The notes under the pieces: generated by a model | Told to the model about the DNA's origin: nothing | Seen by the model: the letters and a program-made list of their open reading frames with translations, nothing else | Database searches by the model: none | Translations under genes and position numbers: made by a program | Sequence record: SRR31156797_9179 | Length of the DNA: 64,000 nucleotides | Reading direction: 5' to 3' (one strand) | Shown: one piece after another, positions 19,629-29,357 of the stretch | Numbering within the stretch: position 1 is the first letter of the stretch | Layout of the letters: every line of letters begins with the position of its first letter

Positions 19629-21068
19629 ATGACAGATGCTATTAAAAAGACATTGAGAGATAGTGCAGGTGCCCGTTGGTTTGTGCTAATTCTCGTATCG
19701 GTAACTATGCTTATTGCATATACCTTCATGGAGGTTCTTTCTCCTCTTCAAACTCAAATTCAGAGTACTTACGGATGGAGCGGTACTGATTGGGGAATAG
19801 TTACAGGAGCTCAGGGATACTTAAATGTATTTGCATTTATGTTGATATTTGCTGGTATTATACTTGATAAAATGGGTATCAAATTTACTGCAGTAAGCTC
19901 AGGTGTAGTAATGATTATAGGTGCTATTGTAAAGTATTATGCATTTGCACATAATTTTGAGGTAGGTTCCACAATAATTGGAATAGATGCCAGAGTGTTT
20001 GTTTCGGCAGCCGGATTTGCAATATTCTGTGTAGGTGCTGAAGGAGCTGGAATTACCGTGTCAAGAATCATTGTAAAATGGTTTAAAGGAAAAGAAATGG
20101 CCTTAGCTATGGGTACCGAGATGGCACTAGCACGTTTGGGTTCATTCCTTGCATTGTTCGGATCTCCACGTATTGCCAAAGCCTTTGATATACCTACAAC
20201 TGTATTAGTAGGGACTATTGCTTTAAGTATTGCATTAATACTTTTCATTGTTTATTGTGTAATGGATGTGAAATTGGATAAGCAAGTGGAAGATGAAGTT
20301 GAAGAAGAAGAGCCATTCAAGATTTCGGACTTACTTTTAATTATCAAGAGTAAAGGATTTTGGTATATTGCTATTCTTTGTCTGTTATTCTATTCAGCAG
20401 TATTCCCATTCTATAAATTTTCGTCAGGTTTGATGGTAAATAAATTTGGTATTGATCCTTCAACAGCTGGTGATATTCCATCCATTTTACCTTTTGGGAC
20501 CATTCTTTTAACTCCATTATTTGGATATATCTATGATAGATATGGTAAAGGTGCTTCCATTATGATTCTTGGAGCTGTATTACTTGTTATTGTTCATACT
20601 ATTTTCTATTTACCTGCTTTAACAGCAACTTGGGTAGCTATTGCAGCGGTTATTCTTTTGGGAATTGCTTTTTCATTAGTTCCTTCAGCAATGTGGCCAT
20701 CTGTTCCTAAGATTATCCCTGAGAAACAATTGGGATCTGCTTATGCACTTATTTTCTATGTACAGAATATCGGTCTAATGTTAGTTCCTATTTTATTAGG
20801 TGTTGTTTTGGATAAAACAAACCCTGGTATTAACGAAATGATCGAGAAGGCTATTGCTAATTTTAGAGCAGAAGGTGTTGATCCAGGAGATATTTCTTCG
20901 AAGGTACAAGCTCTAAGAGAAGCGGGTGAAATTCCAATGTTTGATTACTCATCAACTTGGTTAATTTTTGTTGGATTAACAGTTCTTGCTACTATTTTCG
21001 GATTCTTATTAAAAGCTGAAGACCGCAAGAAAGGTTACGGATTGGAATTACCAAATATTCAGAAATAA
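19629..21068 (+). CDS. MFS transporter, MFSD1-like (paralog 2)
   Basis: AGIILDKMGIK, KWFKGKEMALAMG; same C-terminus GYGLELPNIQK as paralog 1. Confidence 0.88.
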   Translation: MTDAIKKTLRDSAGARWFVLILVSVTMLIAYTFMEVLSPLQTQIQSTYGWSGTDWGIVTGAQGYLNVFAFMLIFAGIILDKMGIKFTAVSSGVVMIIGAIVKYYAFAHNFEVGSTIIGIDARVFVSAAGFAIFCVGAEGAGITVSRIIVKWFKGKEMALAMGTEMALARLGSFLALFGSPRIAKAFDIPTTVLVGTIALSIALILFIVYCVMDVKLDKQVEDEVEEEEPFKISDLLLIIKSKGFWYIAILCLLFYSAVFPFYKFSSGLMVNKFGIDPSTAGDIPSILPFGTILLTPLFGYIYDRYGKGASIMILGAVLLVIVHTIFYLPALTATWVAIAAVILLGIAFSLVPSAMWPSVPKIIPEKQLGSAYALIFYVQNIGLMLVPILLGVVLDKTNPGINEMIEKAIANFRAEGVDPGDISSKVQALREAGEIPMFDYSSTWLIFVGLTVLATIFGFLLKAEDRKKGYGLELPNIQK

Positions 21069-21088
21069 TATTTCGAGATTATATATAT

Positions 21089-21117
21089 AAAGCTGTCCTT
21101 TAGGGGCAGCTTTTTTT
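21089..21117 (+). terminator. Intrinsic terminator
   Basis: AAAGCTGTCCT-TTA-GGGGCAGCTTT followed by a T run. Confidence 0.85.
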
Positions 21118-21173
21118 ATGCAGTAGCGAAAAGTTTTGTATTTTCGGAGCTTCATACAACTAACACTAAACTA

Positions 21174-22538
21174 ATGAATACAGAAGCTATCAAAACCTCA
21201 TTACGAGATTCGGCTGTTACACGATGGGCAATGTTACTTACGGTTGGATTTGTTCTTGCAGCAAATTACTATTTCTACGATGCCTTATCGCCATTAAAAT
21301 CAACATTAACTAAAGAGCTTGGATTTACAAGTACTAATTTCGGATGGTTTGTTTCTGTCTATTCAGTGCCAAATGTATTTTTATGTATGGCAGTACTCGG
21401 AGGTATTATTTTAGATAAACTAGGGATTCGCAGAACAGGCTTTATGTTTGTTTCTTTTATGGCTATTGGAGCCCTAGTTACAGCCTATGGTGCAAGCGAC
21501 ATGTATCGAAATGATGGAATCGGATATGCTTTTATGTCTTCATTTCTTCCCGGATATTCTCCAGAATTAAAAATGATGCTTTTAGGAAGATTTCTATTTG
21601 GTTTAGGAGCAGAAACCAGTATTGTTGTTATCAGTAAAATTATAGTAAAATGGTTTAAGGGTAAGGAGTTAGCCTTAGCATTTGGAGTGAAACTTGGCTT
21701 GGCAAGAACAGGTTCGATGTTGGCACTAATCTTATCACCAAGATTAATTGGTTCGGAAGCTGGATGGACTGTAGCAACGTGGTTTGCTGCTATTTTTGTG
21801 ACTTCGGCACTATTGGTGTTTATTGTATATATGCTGTTCGATTTAAAATTAGATAAGCAAGTGCAAAAAGACACATTAGAAACAAAATCAGATCCTTTCC
21901 GTTTTTCTGACTTAGTAGAATTGCTAACCAATAGATCGTTTATTTTTGTTACATTATTGTGTCTTACATTTTATTCTGCAGTGTTTCCATTCTTTGCTTT
22001 TTCGGCAGACTTTTTTGCAAATAAGTTTGGTTTAACTGAAATTCAAAGTGGCGATATTGCGGCTATGATGCCATTTGGTACTATGTTTTTTACACCATTA
22101 TTTGGATTTTTTGTTGACAAATATGGTAAGGCAGCTTCATTGATGATATATGGCTCAATAATATTAACTGCTGTTCATCTTTGTTTCGCATTTTCTGGAA
22201 TTACTCCTTATGCATTGATGGTTGTATTAGGTATTGCTTTCTCATTGGTTCCTGCGGCAATGTGGCCTTCGGTAGCAAAAATGGTGGACGAGAAGCGAAT
22301 TGGAACTGCCTATGGTTTTATGTTTTCGGTTCAGAATCTTGGTTTATGGGCGTTTCCAATACTAGCGGGTATGATTTTAGATGGAACCAACCCAGTTGAT
22401 GCAGAAAGATTGGATTATACTTACGCCATGATAATGTTTTCTTGTTTGGGAGTTATTGGTTTTATTTTCGCCCTATTATTGAAGCGTGAGGATAAGGTTT
22501 CAGGATATGGATTGGAATTGCCATCTAATAGCAAATAA
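21174..22538 (+). CDS. MFS transporter, MFSD1-like (paralog 3)
   Basis: NYYFYD, GGIILDKLGIR, GRFLFGLGAE, KWFKGKELALAFG, GTAYG. Confidence 0.88.
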   Translation: MNTEAIKTSLRDSAVTRWAMLLTVGFVLAANYYFYDALSPLKSTLTKELGFTSTNFGWFVSVYSVPNVFLCMAVLGGIILDKLGIRRTGFMFVSFMAIGALVTAYGASDMYRNDGIGYAFMSSFLPGYSPELKMMLLGRFLFGLGAETSIVVISKIIVKWFKGKELALAFGVKLGLARTGSMLALILSPRLIGSEAGWTVATWFAAIFVTSALLVFIVYMLFDLKLDKQVQKDTLETKSDPFRFSDLVELLTNRSFIFVTLLCLTFYSAVFPFFAFSADFFANKFGLTEIQSGDIAAMMPFGTMFFTPLFGFFVDKYGKAASLMIYGSIILTAVHLCFAFSGITPYALMVVLGIAFSLVPAAMWPSVAKMVDEKRIGTAYGFMFSVQNLGLWAFPILAGMILDGTNPVDAERLDYTYAMIMFSCLGVIGFIFALLLKREDKVSGYGLELPSNSK

Positions 22539-22559
22539 AATTACAATTTAATTAATATG

Positions 22560-22588
22560 AAAAGCTGTCCCGTCGGGCAGCTTTTTTT
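22560..22588 (+). terminator. Intrinsic terminator
   Basis: AAAAGCTGTCC-CGTC-GGGCAGCTTTT followed by TTT. Confidence 0.85.
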
Positions 22589-22691
22589 GCTCCTGATTGT
22601 TAATGAATTGGTGCTTTTTACTAAAAGAAACTTGATTTTAAAGTAGGGTATTAGCTTGATTGCACGTTTAAATAATATATCGCATCGGCTC

Positions 22692-22717
22692 GCAACCTTT
22701 TTGGAGCAAGTGCATCT
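22692..22717 (+). promoter_or_regulatory. Possible ECF-sigma promoter
   Basis: GCAAC-N16-CATCT about 20 nt upstream of the lipoprotein ATG. Confidence 0.4.
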
Positions 22718-22738
22718 GTTATATAAAATGAATGCATT

Positions 22739-23371
22739 ATGAATATGAAATTAAAAATCTTTTGTCTCGCAATTTTGCCTTTTATCTTTAGTTGTTCAAC
22801 TGGGAAAATGATCTCAGAAAATGATCAGAAGGAATTTAACGAACAAACACATATAGGTTTACAATTCTCAAGAAATGGAGATTGCTGTTTTGAAACCAGG
22901 GATTGTGAAGGATTATGGGATAGGAGTAAGCAATCGATATTTCTATCCGGTCTGCTTATTCGTAAAGATAGTATTGGAACAATTGAACAATTGAATATTT
23001 CCATTAATGGAATTGATTTAAAGAACACAAGTTTTCCTCATATAATTAATGCTGAACTTGATGAGAGTGCGATGGTTGGTTGGTATAATGAGGCTGAGGT
23101 TAAACGTGAAAAATTTCTTTGTTCTGAATCTGATAATTCTTGTGAATTTCAAGGAAATGTAAAGAGAGATAAGATTAAATTAGTACTTACTAAATTTCAG
23201 AATAATGTTTTGGAAGGAAGGTTCGAAGGTCGAATTTTTCTTAAAGGAACAGGAAATGTGCGATTTGTGAAAACAAGTGAATACAAAGACATAGTTGATG
23301 GTTCGTTTCGTATTAATCTTGATGATGCATCGAAAATTTCAGAAAAGAGTTTGGTTGCAGAAAAGCGATAA
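22739..23371 (+). CDS. Hypothetical lipoprotein
   Basis: 210 aa; lipobox IFSC; five further Cys; beta-rich C-terminus. Confidence 0.7.
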   Translation: MNMKLKIFCLAILPFIFSCSTGKMISENDQKEFNEQTHIGLQFSRNGDCCFETRDCEGLWDRSKQSIFLSGLLIRKDSIGTIEQLNISINGIDLKNTSFPHIINAELDESAMVGWYNEAEVKREKFLCSESDNSCEFQGNVKRDKIKLVLTKFQNNVLEGRFEGRIFLKGTGNVRFVKTSEYKDIVDGSFRINLDDASKISEKSLVAEKR

Positions 23372-23485
23372 TTTATTAGAAGCATATAAAATTCAAAGAG
23401 CGACACTTTTTATCGTATTGGGGTGTATTTTAAAAGGTGTTTATCAATGATGGGGATGTTGTTTTCGAAGTGGTGAAAACAGCAT

Positions 23486-23514
23486 AAAAAAAATCCCGCC
23501 GTTTGGCGGGATTT
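23486..23514 (-). terminator. Intrinsic terminator of purA
   Basis: AAATCCCGCC-GTTT-GGCGGGATTT preceded by an A run. Confidence 0.85.
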
Positions 23515-23535
23515 ATTCATTTATTTAATTCTTGA

Positions 23536-24807
23536 TTAGTCAAGATTTCTTTCGATTGTTTGTGCTCTGTTTGGACCAACAGAAACCACCTTTACAGGAA
23601 CTCCTGTTTCTTTCTCAATAAAATCGATATAAGCATTAAATTCTTCTGGGAATTCATTTTCATGAGTTACAGAAGTCATATCAGTTTTCCAACCTTTAAA
23701 TTCAGTTAAAACAGGCTTAATATCATCGGTCATTTCGTATGGTACATGCTCAACTTCTTCGCCATTTACGATATATGAAGTACAGATTTTGATGTTTTCA
23801 AAATCATCCATAACGTCAGATTTCATCATGGTCAATTCAGTAACACCATTAATCATGATTGAGTATTTTAAAGAAACCATATCTAACCATCCACATCTTC
23901 TTGGACGACCTGTAGTTGATCCATACTCGTTACCGTTGTCTCTTAATTGTTGTCCATCTTCGTCGAACAATTCGGTTGGGAAAGGTCCCATTCCTACGCG
24001 AGTACAATAAGCCTTAAAAATACCAATAACTCTACCAATTCTGTTAGGAGCAATTCCTAATCCAGTACAAGCACCAGCACATACAGTGTTCGATGAGGTT
24101 ACAAATGGATATGATCCGAAATCAATATCTAATAAAGTTCCCTGAGCACCTTCAGCAAGAATAGATTTACCTTCTTTTAAAGCGTCGTTTAGGAATTGTT
24201 CGCTATCAATTAATTGGAATTCGTTTAGCACTTTGATTCCTTCGAACCATTCCGCTTCGTATTCCGACATATCGTAATCGAACTCATAGAATTTGTCAAG
24301 CATTTGTCTGTGCTTGGCAACTAAAAGGTCGTATTTTTCTTTAAAATTACTGTTGATATCACCAACACGTAAACCGTTTCTACCGGTTTTATCCATGTAA
24401 GTTGGTCCAATACCTTTTAGAGTCGATCCAATCTTAGATTTCCCTTTGGCTGCTTCCGAAGCTGCGTCAAGTATTCTGTGCGATGGCAAAATAAGGTGAG
24501 CTTTTTTCGAAATAAATAAGGTTTTGGATAAATCAATACCTAGTTTTTTGATTCCTTCAATTTCTTTTTTGAAGATTACAGGATCAATAACAACACCATT
24601 ACCAATAACGTTGATTTTATCATCGCGAAAGATTCCAGATGGAATGGTATGCAGTACGTGTTTAATCTCGTTAAATTCAAGTGTATGTCCGGCATTTGGT
24701 CCGCCTTGAAAACGGGTAATATAATCGTACTTTGGGGTTAGTACATCCACAACTTTTCCTTTACCCTCGTCTCCCCATTGGAGGCCTAAAAGTACATCAA
24801 CTTTCAT
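23536..24807 (-). CDS. purA: Adenylosuccinate synthetase
   Basis: GLQWGDEGKGK, QGGPNAGHT, EGAQG, TTGRPRRCGWLD. Confidence 0.97.
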   Translation of the reverse strand: MKVDVLLGLQWGDEGKGKVVDVLTPKYDYITRFQGGPNAGHTLEFNEIKHVLHTIPSGIFRDDKINVIGNGVVIDPVIFKKEIEGIKKLGIDLSKTLFISKKAHLILPSHRILDAASEAAKGKSKIGSTLKGIGPTYMDKTGRNGLRVGDINSNFKEKYDLLVAKHRQMLDKFYEFDYDMSEYEAEWFEGIKVLNEFQLIDSEQFLNDALKEGKSILAEGAQGTLLDIDFGSYPFVTSSNTVCAGACTGLGIAPNRIGRVIGIFKAYCTRVGMGPFPTELFDEDGQQLRDNGNEYGSTTGRPRRCGWLDMVSLKYSIMINGVTELTMMKSDVMDDFENIKICTSYIVNGEEVEHVPYEMTDDIKPVLTEFKGWKTDMTSVTHENEFPEEFNAYIDFIEKETGVPVKVVSVGPNRAQTIERNLD

Positions 24808-24998
24808 CTGTCTAATAATTTGAATTAAATCTTACATGTAAATATCCGTACCATTTTTTAATATCGGATTTATAAAACGGTTCGGTTTTCGATGTTAAAT
24901 CTTGAAGGTAGGTCCCAAGTTTTAACAGTCAAAGGTAATAATTATTTTCATTTTGCATGAGTGAAAATGAAGCTTGTTGATAAGTAGTTTAAAGACAC

Positions 24999-25027
24999 AA
25001 AAAAACCTCTTAAAATAAGAGGTTTTT
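24999..25027 (-). terminator. Intrinsic terminator of fur
   Basis: AAAAACCTCTTA-AAA-TAAGAGGTTTTT. Confidence 0.75.
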
Positions 25028-25050
25028 ATAAAAGATGTATGTTGATAAAT

Positions 25051-25509
25051 CTAGTTGTTTTCTAATTTTCTACATTCCTGACAGGTTCCGTAGATGTATA
25101 AAGAGTGGTGCGAAACTTTAAAATCCATGTCGTCTGAAACATTTCTTCTAACGTCATCAAGACGAGTATCACAGAATTCAAGCACTTTTCCACAACGAGT
25201 ACAGATTAAATGATCGTGCTTGTTACTATCATAAGCTTTTTCAAATTGAGCAATATTTTTACCGAACTGATGTTTGATAACTAACTTGCAATCTAAAAGA
25301 AGATCAATTGTATTGTAAAGCGTTGCTCTACTTACCCGATAGTTTTTATTTTTCATAAAGATGTACAGGGACTCAATGTCAAAGTGTCCTTCACGAGAAT
25401 AAATCTCATCTAAAATAGCATATCTTTCAGGGGTTTTTCGGTGTCCCTTTTTCTGAAGATATTCAGTAAACATCTTCTTGACAATTTCTTTGGTATCCTC
25501 GTTGCTCAT
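25051..25509 (-). CDS. fur: Fur-family transcriptional regulator
   Basis: [31 protein letters not shown]; upstream of purA as usual in Bacteroidota. Confidence 0.9.
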   Translation of the reverse strand: MSNEDTKEIVKKMFTEYLQKKGHRKTPERYAILDEIYSREGHFDIESLYIFMKNKNYRVSRATLYNTIDLLLDCKLVIKHQFGKNIAQFEKAYDSNKHDHLICTRCGKVLEFCDTRLDDVRRNVSDDMDFKVSHHSLYIYGTCQECRKLENN

Positions 25510-25610
25510 ATCTAAAAATAACCTAGGTGTTATCTAATCTAATTTAAAATAATGGGTCTAAAATAGTAATTTTTTTTAGAAAAGAGATGTTATTTAGAAT
25601 AAATTTTAGT

Positions 25611-27857
25611 TTACGAGTACTCCTCAATATTTTCGATACGTTTCACATTATCCAGACCTTTAATTTTGATTAATTTCATGATTAGATTATTGAGATCTTC
25701 GGTATTGTGAACGTAGAGATGTATTAATCCTTCGAATACACCATCGTGACTTTCAAAGTGTAGGGATCTCATATTTACATCGTGATCCTTGGAAATGATA
25801 TTGGTAACTTCATTCACAATTCCGATTTTATCAATGCCCGATAATTCAATAACTGCTAGAAATGACATTAATCGATGACTTGTCCAATCTGCAGCCAAAA
25901 GTCTGTCCCCCTGACTAGACATTAACTTAAGAGCATTTGGGCATTTCCTTTTGTGAATAGTTACATTATTTGCCATATCCACATAGCCTAGTACTTCATC
26001 TCCAGGGATTGGTTTACAGCAAGTAGCAATTTTATAAGTTTCATTAGCAGCCATTTCGCTAAGAACCAATGTTTTTTTCTTATCTACTTCTGGTTTTGTA
26101 TCTTCCTGGGTTTCTGGAACTATTTCTTCTTTTTTATCTTTCGAATTGCCGAAGAATTGCAGTTTCCAGTATTTAATAAATTTACTTTTTGATTTTTTCT
26201 TTACTACCGATTCTATTTCATTGATATCAATTTTACCTAAGCCAATTTTATAGAAAAGTTCTTCCTTATTTGATAGGTTATAATGCTCCAGCATCTTACG
26301 GAAAGATTTGGAATTCACTTTTAAGCCAACATCTAGCAATTGACTTTCTACCATTTTGGCACCTTTAACGGTATATTCTTTTCTTTCCTTTTTAAATGCT
26401 GTTTTAATTTTTGATTTGGCTTTTGCAGTTACGATAAAATCAAGCCATTCATGTTTAGGTGATTGCTTTTCAGAGGTCAGAATTTCAACCTGATCACCAC
26501 TTTTAAGAACATGACTTAAAGGCACAAGTTTATGATTTACCTTAGCACCAATACATTGATTACCGATATCGGTATGGATATCGTAGGCAAAATCAAGAGT
26601 GGTAGCATTTTTAGGTAAGGTTTTAATATGTCCTTTAGGAGTAAATACCTGAATCTCATGCGAAAAGAGGTTCAATTTGAACTCATCTAAAAAAGCCATT
26701 GCATCAGCTTCTGGATTATCAAGAATTTCTCTTACATCTTTTAGCCATTTATCCAGTTCGGACTCTCCTCCGTTTACATTGTATTTAGCTTGAACCGCAA
26801 AACCTTTTTCAGCGATATCATCCATTCGCTCAGTTCTGATCTGAAATTCCACCCAATTTCCAAGTGGTCCCATTGCTGTTACATGAAGTGCTTCGTATCC
26901 ATTTGCTTTTGGAGTACTCACCCAATCTCTGATTCTTTCAGGTTTTGGTTTGTAGATATCCGTAATCAATGAATAAATATTCCAGCATTGATTTTTTTCA
27001 GGAATTCCATCTTCAGGTTTGAAAACAACGCGAACCGATAACTGATCGTAAATTTGTTCAATACTAACTTTTTGTGATTGCATTTTTGTCCAAATCGAAT
27101 AGACAGATCGGGGACGGTTTTTTATTGAACTTCGAATGTTGTTTTCGCGAAGCTTAATTTTAATAGGAGCAATGATTTTTTTAATCAGTTTTTCCTGTCT
27201 CTCCTCATGTTCTCTTACTTTTTCCGAAATGGCATTATAATCTTCGGGATGTTCATATTTTAAACTGAGATTTTCAAGTTCAGTTTTAATAGAATACAAT
27301 CCCATCCTATGTGCTAAAGGAGCAAAAAGGAATAAGGTTTCGCCAGCAATTTTCATTTGCTTTCGCAATGGCATCGAGTTTAAGGTTCGCATGTTGTGCA
27401 AACGATCTGCCATCTTTATTAGAATCACACGAAGATCATCCGATAATGTAAGAAGCATTTTTCGAAAATTCTCAGCTTGCATTGAAGTTGTTTGATCGAA
27501 AACGCCTTTTATTTTGGTTAAACCATCAACAATTTGAGAGACTTTGGTTCCAAATAAGTTTTCAATATCCTCAACAGTGTAGTCTGTATCTTCGACAACA
27601 TCGTGCAGGAGAGAAGCAACAATCGATTTTGTTCCTAATCCCATTTCTTTAGCTGCAATATGTGCTACTTCAATTGGATGTAATATATAAGGTTCGCCTG
27701 ATTTGCGACGCACTCCTTTATGAGCTTCCCATGCAAAATGGAAAGCTTTATCTATTAAATTTTTACTTTCTGCAGCGCGACTTCTTTTACAATCTTTTAA
27801 AAGAGATTCGTACGCATCAAGTACTAATTGCTTATCGTTTTCGGTCTCAACACTCAT
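25611..27857 (-). CDS. spoT: Bifunctional (p)ppGpp synthase/hydrolase (RelA/SpoT)
   Basis: SGEPYILHP, LHDVVED, ADRLHNMRTL, PKANGYEALH, EFQIRT, TGS domain, CCKPIPGD, ACT domain. Confidence 0.93.
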   Translation of the reverse strand: MSVETENDKQLVLDAYESLLKDCKRSRAAESKNLIDKAFHFAWEAHKGVRRKSGEPYILHPIEVAHIAAKEMGLGTKSIVASLLHDVVEDTDYTVEDIENLFGTKVSQIVDGLTKIKGVFDQTTSMQAENFRKMLLTLSDDLRVILIKMADRLHNMRTLNSMPLRKQMKIAGETLFLFAPLAHRMGLYSIKTELENLSLKYEHPEDYNAISEKVREHEERQEKLIKKIIAPIKIKLRENNIRSSIKNRPRSVYSIWTKMQSQKVSIEQIYDQLSVRVVFKPEDGIPEKNQCWNIYSLITDIYKPKPERIRDWVSTPKANGYEALHVTAMGPLGNWVEFQIRTERMDDIAEKGFAVQAKYNVNGGESELDKWLKDVREILDNPEADAMAFLDEFKLNLFSHEIQVFTPKGHIKTLPKNATTLDFAYDIHTDIGNQCIGAKVNHKLVPLSHVLKSGDQVEILTSEKQSPKHEWLDFIVTAKAKSKIKTAFKKERKEYTVKGAKMVESQLLDVGLKVNSKSFRKMLEHYNLSNKEELFYKIGLGKIDINEIESVVKKKSKSKFIKYWKLQFFGNSKDKKEEIVPETQEDTKPEVDKKKTLVLSEMAANETYKIATCCKPIPGDEVLGYVDMANNVTIHKRKCPNALKLMSSQGDRLLAADWTSHRLMSFLAVIELSGIDKIGIVNEVTNIISKDHDVNMRSLHFESHDGVFEGLIHLYVHNTEDLNNLIMKLIKIKGLDNVKRIENIEEYS

Positions 27858-28047
27858 AAAAACCTTTCTGCTCAGTATTGTTAGTTGTAGTTGTTTCGTT
27901 TAAATGTAGCGAAAACTAACAATTTTTTAATATTAAAAAGAGGACTAATTTCTTTTATTTTATCGGAAAATATCGATTTTTCATCGTTTAAAACAAGAAA
28001 AGAGCAAGTTAATCCGTTCAAACTTATTATTTGTTGAAAATTTAGAA

Positions 28048-29355
28048 CTAGTTAAGATCTACTTTGCAACTTACTGGTCCACAAACAACTAGTTGTAAAT
28101 CTTCTTCCTGGAAATATTTTATAGCCAAATTCTGAATATTTTCTGGTGTTATTTGTTTTAAATCTCTTATAAAAGTCTCATAATAAGAGTTGTCTAATCC
28201 AAATTGAAGGTTTCCTTTTAAACTTTCAGAAAGAGCAAAAGGGCTATCTAAATTTCGTAACATTTCACCAGAAATATAATTTTTTACCAGTTTTAATTCA
28301 TCTTCTGGTACCAATTCATCTCTTAATCGCTTTATCTCTTTAAAAATTTCACTTATTGCATCTTTGCAAACATCGCTTCCAACTTCGGTGACAATAACAA
28401 AATGTCCGGCTTTTAAATGTGAAATTACAATTGAGTTAATACCATAAGTATATCCTTTATCTTCACGGATATTTTGCATTAATCGAGACCCAAAATAACC
28501 TCCTAAAATCAGATTGAATAACTGAAGAGTGGTATAATCTTCATGAGTTTTGTTAATAATAGGTCTGCCAATTCTGATACAAGCCTGAACTGCATCATCC
28601 TTAGGGATAAAAGTTGATTTGTCTTTAGAGTGAACTATATCATGACCTGGATTATCAATTGGTTTACTTATTGACCATTTTTCGGATCCAAACAAATTTT
28701 CCAATTTTTCCAGAACTGTATCATCAACTTTTCCTGCAATAATGATATGGCAATTCTCTGGGCGATAACATTTTTGGTAAAATTCTTTTACCTTATTAAG
28801 ATCTAATTGATCGAATTCTTCATCTGAAAAAGTATTTGCATAAGGATGATTTTCTCCATAAATAAGTTCATTGAACCTATCTTTTGCCAACACATTGGTT
28901 TTTTGATGCTCGATCTGATATTGCTGTTTCTTATTTAGGAGAACAGTTTGAAACTCTTTTTCTGGAAAAGATGATTTTTTGATCAAATTTTCGGTAAGTT
29001 CTAAAGTTTCATTAAGATATTTGTTGAGCGTATATAAACTTATACTCGCATCGTGCTTGGCAGCTGCAAAGCCAATGTACGCTCCGTAAAAATCAAATTT
29101 TTCGGCAATATCGGCAGCACTATATTTATCTGTACCTTCGTTTAGCATGCTTGATGCCATACTAGCAATAAGTGGAGATTCCTGAGCCCAAACGCCTGCA
29201 TTAAAAATGAATTCAATTTTCACAACATCCTGACTTCCTCCATTTATTACATGTACAGGAATATTGTTGCTTAAACTGTGTTTTTGATCGGCAAGAATTT
29301 CAATGCTATCTACAGTTTTAAAATTGGGTGCTGTATTTCTATATAGTTTCTCCAT
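28048..29355 (-). CDS. M16 peptidase-like subunit lacking HxxEH (non-catalytic partner)
   Basis: MLNEGT, LGGYFGSRLMQNIREDKGYTYGI; no HxxEH; ATG 29355 follows the upstream stop by 2 nt. Confidence 0.85.
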   Translation of the reverse strand: MEKLYRNTAPNFKTVDSIEILADQKHSLSNNIPVHVINGGSQDVVKIEFIFNAGVWAQESPLIASMASSMLNEGTDKYSAADIAEKFDFYGAYIGFAAAKHDASISLYTLNKYLNETLELTENLIKKSSFPEKEFQTVLLNKKQQYQIEHQKTNVLAKDRFNELIYGENHPYANTFSDEEFDQLDLNKVKEFYQKCYRPENCHIIIAGKVDDTVLEKLENLFGSEKWSISKPIDNPGHDIVHSKDKSTFIPKDDAVQACIRIGRPIINKTHEDYTTLQLFNLILGGYFGSRLMQNIREDKGYTYGINSIVISHLKAGHFVIVTEVGSDVCKDAISEIFKEIKRLRDELVPEDELKLVKNYISGEMLRNLDSPFALSESLKGNLQFGLDNSYYETFIRDLKQITPENIQNLAIKYFQEEDLQLVVCGPVSCKVDLN

Positions 29356-29357
29356 TT

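Noticed and set aside
28048..29355. M16 gene lacking HxxEH as a pseudogene
   Set aside because: The ORF is intact, and catalytic plus non-catalytic M16 pairs are a well-known heterodimer arrangement.
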